Below, one piece after another: positions 17,974 through 26,612 of a DNA stretch of 64,000 nucleotides. A model generated the notes under the pieces. The model was not told where the DNA came from and ran no database searches. It was given only the letters and a program-made list of their open reading frames with translations. How positions within the stretch are numbered: the stretch's first letter is position 1; each line of letters starts with the position of its first letter. Origin of the DNA: a virus; the IMG/VR virus record IMGVR_UViG_3300029243_000160, positions 1 to 64,000 of that record. One strand, given 5' to 3'. A program made the translations under genes and the position numbers.

Positions 17974-18426
17974 TCATTTCACGATTTCCTCTCCATTCTG
18001 CAATTTTTTCGCAAGTGTCAGCAGGCACTCTGTCATAGTAGATTTTGAAATCACAGTGGACTGCCACATATTGTTTTGGCAAATTTCCACGTTATAAAAA
18101 AACTTGTTGCTTACTTTACTTGTGATAATAGATACTCTGTAACGATTTTTCTGCAAATAGAACGGTTCGTTCACTCGCAGGGCAATGATGCCGAAATCTG
18201 TTACCACTCTGATGCTGTCACAGGTATCTGTTCCTGCAACGGCGTGAACACTGTTCAAAGCCTGCTCTCTGCGATTCAAATACAGTTCCTTCCCCAAAGG
18301 CGTTCCGCAGTTCGGACAGTAAGAAAACTGCATATCTATCTGGTGTACATCATCTGGGTCAAGCTCCACAGTTACCCAGTCTTCTATGCGGATATTGCAT
18401 ACTTCACACTGAAACTTATTCTTCAT
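17974..18426 (-). CDS. zinc-ribbon protein
   Basis: CEVCN...CPNCG pairs near the N-terminus. Confidence 0.45.
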   Translation of the reverse strand: MKNKFQCEVCNIRIEDWVTVELDPDDVHQIDMQFSYCPNCGTPLGKELYLNRREQALNSVHAVAGTDTCDSIRVVTDFGIIALRVNEPFYLQKNRYRVSIITSKVSNKFFYNVEICQNNMWQSTVISKSTMTECLLTLAKKLQNGEEIVK

Positions 18427-18739
18427 CGGTATTTCCTTTCTGAACCATTACATTACCGTTCTCGTCCAACCGTGGCGTGATACCACCTCTTCTGTCGCTT
18501 TCAAATATCAAATACTGCACTCCGGTATCTTTGTCAGTATAAACCATCACTTTTCCATTACTGCTGTCCTTGTATTCTTCCATTTGAGAAGATTGCTCTG
18601 CATCTCTCTGTTTAATCTGAGAAGAAGTGCAGGCTGCAAATGTGCCAGCAATCAATGCACTGGCAAACGATGCTGCCAAGCAAGCTTTTGCCAATCGCAC
18701 CGCAAATTCCCAAGTCATATTATCATCTCCTGTTACCAT
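18416..18739 (-). CDS. putative lipoprotein
   Basis: Signal peptide with a lipobox-like FAACTS. Confidence 0.5.
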   Translation of the reverse strand: MVTGDDNMTWEFAVRLAKACLAASFASALIAGTFAACTSSQIKQRDAEQSSQMEEYKDSSNGKVMVYTDKDTGVQYLIFESDRRGGITPRLDENGNVMVQKGNTDEE

Positions 18740-18819
18740 TCTTCATACACGTCTATTGCTTCCTGAAACCGCAAACGGACAAGCTTCACACTGAAAAATC
18801 TTCTTTGAGTTCATGTCAT

Positions 18820-19119
18820 TTACCTTTCTGTCCATCTATCAGCTGCCACATATACACCAAAAAGTATATGTGCTGCTGCCATAACCGCAGCTGTTACAGT
18901 GAATGCAATGGACTTCTCAATTCCACCAGCAGTCATGCTACATTCAGTAGCAATTATTCCAATTCCGTAAGTAGAAAATGTGATTCCTGTAATAAAGAAC
19001 ACCACATCTAACACTTTGTTCCAGCTTTTGAAGAACGTATACACCAAGACGAACATAGTGTAAATCAGCAACATCGTATAGGGCGAGCCTACTGAAAACA
19101 TCTGCAAAGCTTCTCTCAT
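18820..19119 (-). CDS. small membrane protein
   Basis: 99-aa ORF with three hydrophobic helices. Confidence 0.45.
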   Translation of the reverse strand: MREALQMFSVGSPYTMLLIYTMFVLVYTFFKSWNKVLDVVFFITGITFSTYGIGIIATECSMTAGGIEKSIAFTVTAAVMAAAHILFGVYVAADRWTER

Positions 19120-19149
19120 TGATTACATCTCACTTTCTGCTTGCCGTTG

Positions 19150-19260
19150 TTACATATAACACAGCGGAATTGGTGTTGCTGTATCACAGCCGGAGCAGGC
19201 AAGCAAGAATGCTCCAGCAATCATCGCCAGAATTGTCATTTTCAACACTTTTCTTAACAT
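19150..19260 (-). CDS. tiny lipoprotein-like peptide (36 aa)
   Basis: MLRKVLKMTILAMIAGAFLLACSGC lipobox. Abuts the upstream stop. Too short to be sure. Confidence 0.3.
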   Translation of the reverse strand: MLRKVLKMTILAMIAGAFLLACSGCDTATPIPLCYM

Positions 19261-19261
19261 T

Positions 19262-19495
19262 TCAACACCTCGGTTCGCTTTCTTTCGTTTCTTTCGCTTT
19301 CTTTCTCTTTCTACGAGCTTTCCTGATACGATTCACGACAGTCCAGAAAGAAATCCACAGTATCGGAGAGATGATTATTGCTATTATCTCTACGAAAAAC
19401 TCCAGTGGGGAATATTTTTCTTCAACAAATTGCATGATAAAAAGTATCATCAGATTGATGAACAGCCACAATAAGACAAAAAATGCAATCGTCAT
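19262..19495 (-). CDS. small membrane protein
   Basis: 77-aa ORF with two TM helices and a basic tail. Confidence 0.4.
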   Translation of the reverse strand: MTIAFFVLLWLFINLMILFIMQFVEEKYSPLEFFVEIIAIIISPILWISFWTVVNRIRKARRKRKKAKETKESEPRC

Positions 19496-19586
19496 AGCTC
19501 CACCTCATGCACTTATCGAAACACTGCGAAAACAGCTCTGAAAAGATGTCCTCTTGTCAAATGGTAAAATACCCAGAATAACTTTT

Positions 19587-19991
19587 TCATGCTTCTCCCT
19601 CACATTTCAGCTGATAGCGAACATCTTCAATCACCCTGTCAATTTCATTTGTGCCGACAGCTCGCAGAACTGTATGCCACTCGTCATCGCCAAGAGGTTT
19701 CAGTGTTGACATCTTCAAGGAACGCTCTTTCAGCTGTTCCTGAACCATCGTCAGCACCTGCTCCGCAAGGTTCAGAGCTTCCGGAGAAACATCTCTCGGA
19801 ACGATAAGTTCTCTTTTGAACGGAACATTCTTCATGCCCATCATTGTTCGCCCACAATTTGCACAAGGTTCAAGACTGTATGCAAAGAAAGTGTGTTCAT
19901 GTCCGCAGACACTGCAACGGCACAATACTCCGGTACAATTGCCATGATTGCCGTTACTCTTACCTACCCAATATGCACCTGTTTCAATCAC
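19587..19991 (-). CDS. zinc-ribbon protein
   Basis: CRCSVCGHEH...CANCG. Confidence 0.45.
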   Translation of the reverse strand: MIETGAYWVGKSNGNHGNCTGVLCRCSVCGHEHTFFAYSLEPCANCGRTMMGMKNVPFKRELIVPRDVSPEALNLAEQVLTMVQEQLKERSLKMSTLKPLGDDEWHTVLRAVGTNEIDRVIEDVRYQLKCEGEA

Positions 19992-20108
19992 GGATTTTCA
20001 TTCCTTTCATTCCTTATCTTTTAGCCTGTCAGCGGACTTGTGACCGCTTGTCAGTCGCATTACTTGCAACCGACATTTGTGTCGGTCGCAATCACTCTGC
20101 GTTGCAGG

Positions 20109-20315
20109 TTACTTTCCCAGAGTAGAAACAACATCATGCAGGCTATCCGAAACCTTTGCAATCAGTTCCTTTGTTTCTGTTGTCATCGGAATGTCCGGTT
20201 CGCAATACTCATAGAAGGAGCATTTCGTTCCATAGCTGGCACAATAGTCGATATAGTGCTGTGCCATTCTTACAACATTCTTTCTTGCTTCCTGATATGT
20301 TTCACTCATAGCCAT
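20109..20315 (-). CDS. hypothetical protein
   Basis: 68-aa ORF. Confidence 0.4.
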   Translation of the reverse strand: MAMSETYQEARKNVVRMAQHYIDYCASYGTKCSFYEYCEPDIPMTTETKELIAKVSDSLHDVVSTLGK

Positions 20316-20319
20316 TCCC

Positions 20320-20556
20320 TCACTTACGATATTCTTTTAATTCTCTTGCTTTCCATGTTACACCAGTGCGTTCTTTTCTCTTAATCAGCACATTCAGAAG
20401 GCTTCTGATTGCATCACTTTCTGTGTTGCCAAGAACCACAGCCGTTGCACCGCTTTTTTCCGGAATGCTGATGGTTTCATCGTAAGCTGCACAAGCATAC
20501 ACAGCATTTTCTGTTCTTCCACTGTTAAAAGTCAGGTCGATTGCAAAAATTTTCAT
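20320..20556 (-). CDS. hypothetical protein
   Basis: Trimmed to MKIFAID. First gene after promoter P3. Confidence 0.4.
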   Translation of the reverse strand: MKIFAIDLTFNSGRTENAVYACAAYDETISIPEKSGATAVVLGNTESDAIRSLLNVLIKRKERTGVTWKARELKEYRK

Positions 20557-20603
20557 TGTCAACACCATACCTTTCACGTTTCTGTGTGTTCCTTACATTA
20601 TCT

Positions 20604-20632
20604 ATTATAGCACAGTAGTGTACAAATGTCAA
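20604..20632 (-). promoter_or_regulatory. class-P consensus promoter copy 3
   Basis: TTGACAtttgtacactactgtgcTATAAT. Confidence 0.7.
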
Positions 20633-20722
20633 GTATATACGCATATTTACTCTGCCAAGCATTCGTTATGTAAGTACCAGAAAATTTGTGCATTATGACA
20701 ATTCAAATGGTGATTAAGTAAA

Positions 20723-20977
20723 TCACAATTTGAAAATATCGTCCTGTGTCTGTGGTTCTTTTCCCTGCATTCTGTCCCACAAGTTTATAGTATCATCAAG
20801 GTCAAAATAGCCCCTTGCAATGCCGACACACTCGCTGTCAGACAGCTTGTATTTGTTTTTGAAGGCTCTGCAAACCGCAATTGCATCGCTTTGTGTGTGG
20901 ACTTCTCCACTCCGTGTTTTTTCTCGGTATTCCTTCCGGAGTGCAATCATATCTCTTACAAGTGTTTCAAAATTCAT
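20723..20977 (-). CDS. hypothetical protein
   Basis: 84-aa ORF. Confidence 0.4.
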   Translation of the reverse strand: MNFETLVRDMIALRKEYREKTRSGEVHTQSDAIAVCRAFKNKYKLSDSECVGIARGYFDLDDTINLWDRMQGKEPQTQDDIFKL

Positions 20978-21024
20978 ATTCAGTTATCCTTCTTTGAGAT
21001 TTCCCAGAACAGGGAGTAGATAGA

Positions 21025-21189
21025 TTATTGAACCTGCTGTTCTTCAATCAGGTAATAATCAAAAGACTGGAATCTTTTTCTGCGTTCCTTTTCTCTTTCT
21101 GCTTTTCGGCGAGTGTTGAACACTGCCAGAACTTCCTTTGCATCTGCTCCGTAGAGTTTAATACAGCCAATCAGAATGTAAATGGTCAT
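21025..21189 (-). CDS. small hypothetical protein (54 aa)
   Basis: Below the ORF-track cutoff. ATG with SD GAAAGGAA. Fills an otherwise empty gap. Confidence 0.35.
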   Translation of the reverse strand: MTIYILIGCIKLYGADAKEVLAVFNTRRKAEREKERRKRFQSFDYYLIEEQQVQ

Positions 21190-21268
21190 TCATGATTCCT
21201 TTCTGGTAGCGGTGTATTGCCAACCTCAGTAACACATCTGTTTGCGTGTGGTTAATGATATAACATAT

Positions 21269-21724
21269 TCACTCAGAAAAGTATGCTCTCAGGCTTTCCA
21301 GTGTAATGACACTAGCATTGCTGGTATTGGCATAAGCGTCACGGTATGGTTTCTGATTCATAACAATTCGATTCAGTGTTGCTGCACTGTATGTTCCTAT
21401 TTGATACAGCACCTTACAGATTTGCCTCTGGTCTTTCTTTTCCAGTTTTTCATCTGTCTTTATTTGATTTCCCATAATGCCCCACAAAGAGCAATTGCCA
21501 AACATACGGAAAGTGTAATGTACATCTTCTACAGCTACACCCCAGCTGTGAGCGTACAGCTGGTCTGTAAAGCAAGGCGTACCATACTTTATCATGTACC
21601 ATGCCTGCACATAGTACAGCATAGAGTTCAGCTTGCTGTTTGTCATGCAGATAGTAGGCTCTGCCGCTTCTGCTGCCTCTATCAGAAACTTTGCAATGGT
21701 TTTTGCCTGATAAGGCTTACGCAT
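21269..21724 (-). CDS. Panacea/SocA-like (DUF4065) antitoxin-domain protein
   Basis: LNSMLYYVQAWYMIKYGTPCFTDQLYAHSWGVAVEDVHYTFRMFG matches the DUF4065 core (KLLYYAQ-W...F-AW-GPV...Y). Confidence 0.6.
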   Translation of the reverse strand: MRKPYQAKTIAKFLIEAAEAAEPTICMTNSKLNSMLYYVQAWYMIKYGTPCFTDQLYAHSWGVAVEDVHYTFRMFGNCSLWGIMGNQIKTDEKLEKKDQRQICKVLYQIGTYSAATLNRIVMNQKPYRDAYANTSNASVITLESLRAYFSE

Positions 21725-22199
21725 CTTCTTCACCTTCCATAATTTCGTAGAACGCACTGCCTTTCATTTCAACGAATCCTTCCGGACAAGTCAGAGGCTT
21801 CTCCAGATTATGTTCTACACTGCAATAGACTTTTCCGTCAGCCGAAAACAACCGAACTTCTGCCTGCAAAATCGTTTCTTCAAAAAAGAACGGCACAAAC
21901 GGTTTGTATGCTCTGCAAACTCCAAGGGCTTTCAGTTCCTTGCCGAGAGAACTTGTCTTCTTGATGCCGTAATAAACACTCCCATTGTCTTCGACTGTTT
22001 TCTTCATGAAATTGTCGTCAGGCATATCCGGACACTTCTTGATGTAGAGAATATTTCCTTTCCAAAGAGCAGGTGATGGAATGTTGTGATTGCTCATAAA
22101 CTTCCTGACTTTTTCGGCTTGCTTATCGGATTCATTCCAGTAGGTCATGCACTCTGCAAACCGCTTGCTCTGTGGTGTGATTTCGTAAAACTGTTCCAT
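21717..22199 (-). CDS. hypothetical protein, overlapping partner of the Panacea-domain gene
   Basis: 160-aa ORF with an 8-nt overlap onto the downstream Panacea gene. Confidence 0.5.
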   Translation of the reverse strand: MEQFYEITPQSKRFAECMTYWNESDKQAEKVRKFMSNHNIPSPALWKGNILYIKKCPDMPDDNFMKKTVEDNGSVYYGIKKTSSLGKELKALGVCRAYKPFVPFFFEETILQAEVRLFSADGKVYCSVEHNLEKPLTCPEGFVEMKGSAFYEIMEGEEDA

Positions 22200-22226
22200 T
22201 TCAATCCTGCTCCTTTGGTCGATAGG

Positions 22227-22613
22227 TCAGTCCCAGTAATGTGTTTCTTCGGAATAGACGCACTTTTCAATTCGGCTTTCGCATCGTGAAATTTCATCGT
22301 ATGATAATTTTCCCAGATAAGACAGCATAGCCTCTGCTTCTTCTCTGGAATTTATCTGATGTGTTAGCTGACGAATTGGGCGGTACACTCCCAGTGTTAT
22401 AACATACGGATATTTCTGCTGCCCGTAGTTGTCAAGCGTAAATTCGCCATGCCACCCCTCTTTGCTTTTGAAGAACCAGAATGTTCCTCTGATAGCTTCT
22501 TTGGCTGGCAAATCTTCTTTTCTTTCAGCATCGACATTTATCATTCCTTTCCATGTGTTGCCGTCCGGCAGTTGATACTGCAAATGAAATTTTCTCTGAT
22601 AATACCCCATCAT
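22227..22613 (-). CDS. hypothetical protein
   Basis: 128-aa ORF. Confidence 0.45.
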   Translation of the reverse strand: MMGYYQRKFHLQYQLPDGNTWKGMINVDAERKEDLPAKEAIRGTFWFFKSKEGWHGEFTLDNYGQQKYPYVITLGVYRPIRQLTHQINSREEAEAMLSYLGKLSYDEISRCESRIEKCVYSEETHYWD

Positions 22614-22637
22614 CGTACCGTCCTTTCCTGACGCTGA

Positions 22638-23036
22638 TTACATATCTCCCTCAGCCAAATAAATCGCATCTTGTTCTCGAATGGCTTCCAGAGATACAGT
22701 CGTTCCTTTTCCACCTCTTCTGCCTTTTCTTCTGCGAAGAACTCTGTCTTTGATTTCAAATTTTTCGCATTCGCCCTCGCCGTAGAAATCATAATTCCCA
22801 TGCTTCCAGCTTTTGCTTTCAAGTCTGTGGTTAATCCAGTCCACCAGACATTCAATTGTTGCGTGTGCCGTTTCTACGTCAACAACTTCATCAAAAATGG
22901 ACATCTTAAAAGAAATCGTAATCGGTCTTCCGTCAAGAACAAGCCCCATTTCTTTAGCGATTGTTTCAGCAATTTGCATCTGGTCTCCACAAGAAGCTGT
23001 TACAAGCATTTCAGTGATTTTCTTTTCAATTCCCAT
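22638..23036 (-). CDS. hypothetical protein
   Basis: 132-aa ORF, first gene after the Q4 promoter. Confidence 0.45.
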   Translation of the reverse strand: MGIEKKITEMLVTASCGDQMQIAETIAKEMGLVLDGRPITISFKMSIFDEVVDVETAHATIECLVDWINHRLESKSWKHGNYDFYGEGECEKFEIKDRVLRRRKGRRGGKGTTVSLEAIREQDAIYLAEGDM

Positions 23037-23080
23037 AACAGTACGCTCCTTTATCTGTTCCTTACATTATCTATTATACA

Positions 23081-23098
23081 ATATCTACTGTAAGACAT
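23081..23098 (-). promoter_or_regulatory. class-Q operator copy 4 (inverted orientation) fused to a class-P-type -10/leader
   Basis: The gene strand reads ATGTCTTACAGTAGATATtgTATAATagataatgtaaggaac. Confidence 0.45.
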
Positions 23099-23198
23099 AT
23101 TGCAGTTTGCTTTTCTGGTCTGTAAACATTGTATGAATCTTTACAATTGCTGGCTACAAAAAAGCCGTTCTCCCAGAGCAGGAAAACGACTGATTTGA

Positions 23199-23615
23199 TT
23201 ATTCGTGGTACGGTTCAAAATTCTGTTTCAGATACTCTGAGAGTTCGTTGTTCGGTTGCATACATAAGAAGTATGATGCAAGAATCTGTCTGCCGTTTTC
23301 GTGCTGTTGCAGCTTGTCCGGCTTCTTTGGCTTTTCATCGTCCGGAAAAAATCGAAGTTCCATCGGATATTCCAACGAATGATACCGTCCATGTACGATG
23401 CGGATTTTTCCGACTTTTCCAGTTTCTTTGTTGACCACCTTTTGAGAAAGTCCGGCGGCTGTAAGAACCTGTTTGAAGTAAGTAACGCAGGAGCGTTCGT
23501 ATTCGGCAGCAGCTTTTTGGAGAGCAATAAGATTTCTCTTTACACTATTGACCGCCTGCTTGGTTGCAGCATCAATTGATGCAGCTGTTTCCTTCTGCAT
23601 TCCGTATGTAATCAT
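23199..23615 (-). CDS. hypothetical protein
   Basis: 138-aa ORF. Confidence 0.45.
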   Translation of the reverse strand: MITYGMQKETAASIDAATKQAVNSVKRNLIALQKAAAEYERSCVTYFKQVLTAAGLSQKVVNKETGKVGKIRIVHGRYHSLEYPMELRFFPDDEKPKKPDKLQQHENGRQILASYFLCMQPNNELSEYLKQNFEPYHE

Positions 23616-24202
23616 ATATCGTCATCGCACTCCATTTCATCATAATCGCCATCACAAAAGCATATCTGCATTGCTTTTCTTACTTCTCCAACGATGTCCC
23701 GAACAAAATTGTAAAAGCCTTTGCTGAACTGTCCATCAACGAACAGCTGTGGCACAGGTGTCAGACTTGGCTCTTTCTCATCATTCGCCCAGATACGTTC
23801 TAACGAAAAGTTCGCTCCATACTCATCTGCCTGTATGAATGATTCGATTTGAAACCGTCCTGCCTGCAAGCAGAAAATATCTGCCATAACAGCATTCTTA
23901 TGCAGGTCTTCGTGCAGAGAAATGTCCATTGTTGCAGAAACGCCTTTGCCGTTCTCTTTGTTCTTGTGATAAAAGCCACAAACAGCATCGCCTTTCTGCA
24001 CAAGTAATTCTCCGTATTTTGTTTTGTGTCCCATATGCAGTCGTATCGTGTTTTCGTCAAGCATTTCTGTGTCAAGAATTATCGTATCATCAAGCAAATG
24101 CGTAAGAAAATTCTGCACACCAAAATCACTTGCTTTCATGTCACCAATCATTTTGAAAAACGCATCTCTTTGTTCGTCTGAATAGTTTTGCATCACACAC
24201 AC
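23612..24202 (-). CDS. hypothetical protein
   Basis: 196-aa ORF with 4-nt overlaps on both sides. Confidence 0.45.
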   Translation of the reverse strand: MCVMQNYSDEQRDAFFKMIGDMKASDFGVQNFLTHLLDDTIILDTEMLDENTIRLHMGHKTKYGELLVQKGDAVCGFYHKNKENGKGVSATMDISLHEDLHKNAVMADIFCLQAGRFQIESFIQADEYGANFSLERIWANDEKEPSLTPVPQLFVDGQFSKGFYNFVRDIVGEVRKAMQICFCDGDYDEMECDDDI

Positions 24203-24477
24203 TCCCTCTTCCGAAATGGGTCTGCATCGAAATGAGCAGGCTCTCCAATTGCTTCTTCCAGCTGGCTGACCAGATAACTTTGTCCTTCTTCATCATCAAC
24301 CAACTCTGATGCAGTGGACAACAAATTCTGAGAGTAAAAGCCTTCTGGATATTCCGTTCCAGCAGAGCGATACACCAGAATGTTGTTTTTGTTTTCTGGG
24401 TCTCGCTGAATGATTTCCTTTTCTGCCAATGCAGACAACAACTGAATGCACTGATAGAAATTTAACTTCTGGTTCAC
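24193..24477 (-). CDS. hypothetical protein
   Basis: 94-aa ORF, first gene after the Q5 promoter. Confidence 0.4.
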   Translation of the reverse strand: MNQKLNFYQCIQLLSALAEKEIIQRDPENKNNILVYRSAGTEYPEGFYSQNLLSTASELVDDEEGQSYLVSQLEEAIGEPAHFDADPFRKRECV

Positions 24478-24535
24478 AGCATTTCATCTCCTTTTTCGTT
24501 CATGCTGTTTATGTTCGTTCATCTATTATTTTAGC

Positions 24536-24553
24536 ATATCTACTGTAAGATAT
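24536..24553 (-). promoter_or_regulatory. class-Q operator copy 5 with extended -10 (TGCTAAAAT)
   Basis: The gene strand reads ATATCTTACAGTAGATATgcTAAAAT. Confidence 0.5.
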
Positions 24554-24657
24554 AATTTGCTTTGTTTTGCTGAAATGAAAACATTCTGTAAAGCTTGAAG
24601 TTGCAAGAAAAAAGCACCAGTTCCGGAGCAGGAACATGATGCTGTAAGAAAAAGATT

Positions 24658-25083
24658 CTATTCCGTAATGTCGTTGCTCAAAATCACAACGACTTTCGGA
24701 TTGTCGCTGTACCATTTCTCTACAGAAAGAGAAGTGATTTGCTTGTCATCTGGATAGGCAACACCGTTCAATCCGTCACAGATAATCTTTGCAATATTAT
24801 CTGCATCGCACTTCTTCAACGGACGGATTTTGCCTTGCAGCATTGCTTCACGTTTCGCTTTGCTTGTGGACTTGGGGATTCCAAAATGAGCAATGATTTC
24901 TACACGAATTGCATCATTCTCAGAGAATTGGAAGCCACGACTGACCGCCTTGTAACACCAGCCAACCTGCGTTTCATAGTCCTTGGTTTCTGTCGGTGTG
25001 TAAGTGCTGCTGTTACCGAATCTCGGTCTGCCTTTTCCTTTGGGTTCGCCATCAATTTTGAATGAGATTTTCGTCTGATTCAA
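24658..25083 (-). CDS. rusA: RusA-family Holliday junction resolvase
   Basis: GKGRPRF and CDADNIAKIICDGLNGVAYPDDKQI. Start set to TTG 25083 (SD GGAAGAAGGAA). The longer ORF contains a promoter and a terminator. Confidence 0.75.
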   Translation of the reverse strand: MNQTKISFKIDGEPKGKGRPRFGNSSTYTPTETKDYETQVGWCYKAVSRGFQFSENDAIRVEIIAHFGIPKSTSKAKREAMLQGKIRPLKKCDADNIAKIICDGLNGVAYPDDKQITSLSVEKWYSDNPKVVVILSNDITE

Positions 25084-25175
25084 TGAAGATTCCTTCTTCC
25101 TTGTCGATAGATTCTTGAAATAAAATAGATGTAAAAATACTCTGGAGCAGGACTGCTGCCTGCAAAGAAACGCAT

Positions 25176-25207
25176 AAAAAAACAGAACGTCTTTTTCAAC
25201 ATTCTGT
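25176..25207 (-). terminator. intrinsic terminator inside the rusA leader (attenuator candidate)
   Basis: The gene strand reads ACAGAAUG-loop-CGUUCUGU followed by U7. Lies between the promoter at 25243-25271 and the rusA start. Confidence 0.5.
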
Positions 25208-25242
25208 TTTGAGGGGAGATGCAGTAAAACTACTGCACTTCT

Positions 25243-25271
25243 ATTATATTTGTTTTCCACTGGCACGTCAA
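25243..25271 (-). promoter_or_regulatory. sigma-A promoter TTGACG-17-TATAAT for the rusA operon
   Basis: The gene strand reads TTGACGtgccagtggaaaacaaaTATAAT. Confidence 0.6.
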
Positions 25272-25377
25272 TCACTGTCGAAAATTATTCTGACAGCGTT
25301 CACAATTTTCAGAGCCATGCACAAACCATGTGCTGTGATGTTGGCTACAGTGTACAAAATGCAAGGCTGTTGTATAG

Positions 25378-25402
25378 GGTACAGGTATAGCAAGGTATAC
25401 CT
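25378..25402. repeat. 23-nt repeat copy 1 containing AGGTATA-GCAAGG-TATACCT (7-6-7 inverted repeat)
   Basis: ggtacaggtatagcaaggtatac is identical to 62394-62416. Lies 35 nt beyond the recombinase stop codon. Confidence 0.6.
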
Positions 25403-25436
25403 ACATATCCGTTTGTTTTAATCTGGTTGAATCAGA

Positions 25437-26486
25437 TTATCCAATGCTGACTTGTAAATCGTATTCGTCTTTTATGTTCATGACTTCACGAATTGACTGC
25501 ATATGCAAGTTGTCTTTTATCTCTTTTGGCTTCGTACCGTTTTCAAGTTCAGATACAATAAACGCCTTGCGAATCGTCTTTGTAGTAATGCCTTTTGGAA
25601 GTCCGCATACTCTTGTGATGTTGCGAATTGTACTGTGTACACTCTGCATTGTCAATGGATTTCCGTATGAGTTCAGGAACAGCAGTCGGTCATTTTCTTC
25701 TCTGCATTCCGGCAGTCTTCCAATTTCAATTTGCGATTCAATCCATGACACACACTGGTCGGAAAGCGGATATTTTTTCTTATCTATTGTGGCTGTCTTT
25801 TCTTCCAGATTGATGTCTTTTGCTTTCATTGTATTGATGTCTTGGAAGCGGAATCCTGTCAGCATTGTAAAGATGGCAACCAATTCATTTACGCCATACT
25901 TCACACAGTCTTCTGCAATGCAAAACGAAAGCAAAGATTCCAGCTCTTTCGGTGACATGATGTAGGCTGTTGATACAGTTCCGGCTGCTGGAACTGTCTT
26001 TCTGATGTCTGACAAATTGAATTGACAAGTGATACCTGCTTCTTTCGCAAGTGTGAATGTTTTCTTCAACACATCTGTGATTTTATCAATGTTCACCTGC
26101 TCAAATTTCAGAACAATCGTGTTATAAAATTTCTGCATATCTTCTTGTGTAATTTCATCAATATTTTTATCTATTGGAGAATCGAAAACAGCGTTGTCAA
26201 ATAGCGTTGTCAGTTTTTTGATAGTTGGTATTGCCTCTTGTGTAACAGCACACTTAAAATAAAAACGCACATAGTCTGAAAGCTTTTTCCCAACTGGTCT
26301 ATATGTTTCCAAAACCGCAGTACGTTCAGCCTCTGCTGCTGCAATTTTTTCTTTCAGTTCACCTTCGGTAGCAGCATAAATGCGTTTGGATTTTCCAAAA
26401 AAGTCCTTGTCCAAATCATATACATAGTATTCTCGTGAGCCAGTGAAAACCTTGCGGATTTCTTTTGTTCCTCTACGCATATCCAT
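25437..26486 (-). CDS. tyrosine site-specific recombinase/integrase (divergent)
   Basis: Box I (AIFTMLTGFRFQDINTMKAKDI) and C-terminal TIRKAF...LHMQSIREVMNIKDEY. Start set to MDMRRG (SD AGGAGAG). Confidence 0.65.
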   Translation of the reverse strand: MDMRRGTKEIRKVFTGSREYYVYDLDKDFFGKSKRIYAATEGELKEKIAAAEAERTAVLETYRPVGKKLSDYVRFYFKCAVTQEAIPTIKKLTTLFDNAVFDSPIDKNIDEITQEDMQKFYNTIVLKFEQVNIDKITDVLKKTFTLAKEAGITCQFNLSDIRKTVPAAGTVSTAYIMSPKELESLLSFCIAEDCVKYGVNELVAIFTMLTGFRFQDINTMKAKDINLEEKTATIDKKKYPLSDQCVSWIESQIEIGRLPECREENDRLLFLNSYGNPLTMQSVHSTIRNITRVCGLPKGITTKTIRKAFIVSELENGTKPKEIKDNLHMQSIREVMNIKDEYDLQVSIG

Positions 26487-26514
26487 CTCTCCTATCATAA
26501 ATTCGTTCAGTGCT

Positions 26515-26543
26515 ATTATACAAGATGTCAAACATTTTTTCAA
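26515..26543 (-). promoter_or_regulatory. promoter TTGAAA-17-TATAAT for the recombinase gene
   Basis: The gene strand reads TTGAAAaaatgtttgacatcttgTATAAT. Confidence 0.5.
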
Positions 26544-26612
26544 TTCCTAAAATTCAAAACATAAAATAAAAGTGACCGTTATGAAACACAACAGCCACTT
26601 TATATTTTTCAT

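Noticed and set aside
25084-25275. N-terminal extension of the RusA ORF (205-aa version).
   Set aside because: The extension contains a TTGACG-17-TATAAT promoter and an intrinsic terminator and has no ATG before the RusA domain. The gene was restarted at TTG 25083, which has a good SD.
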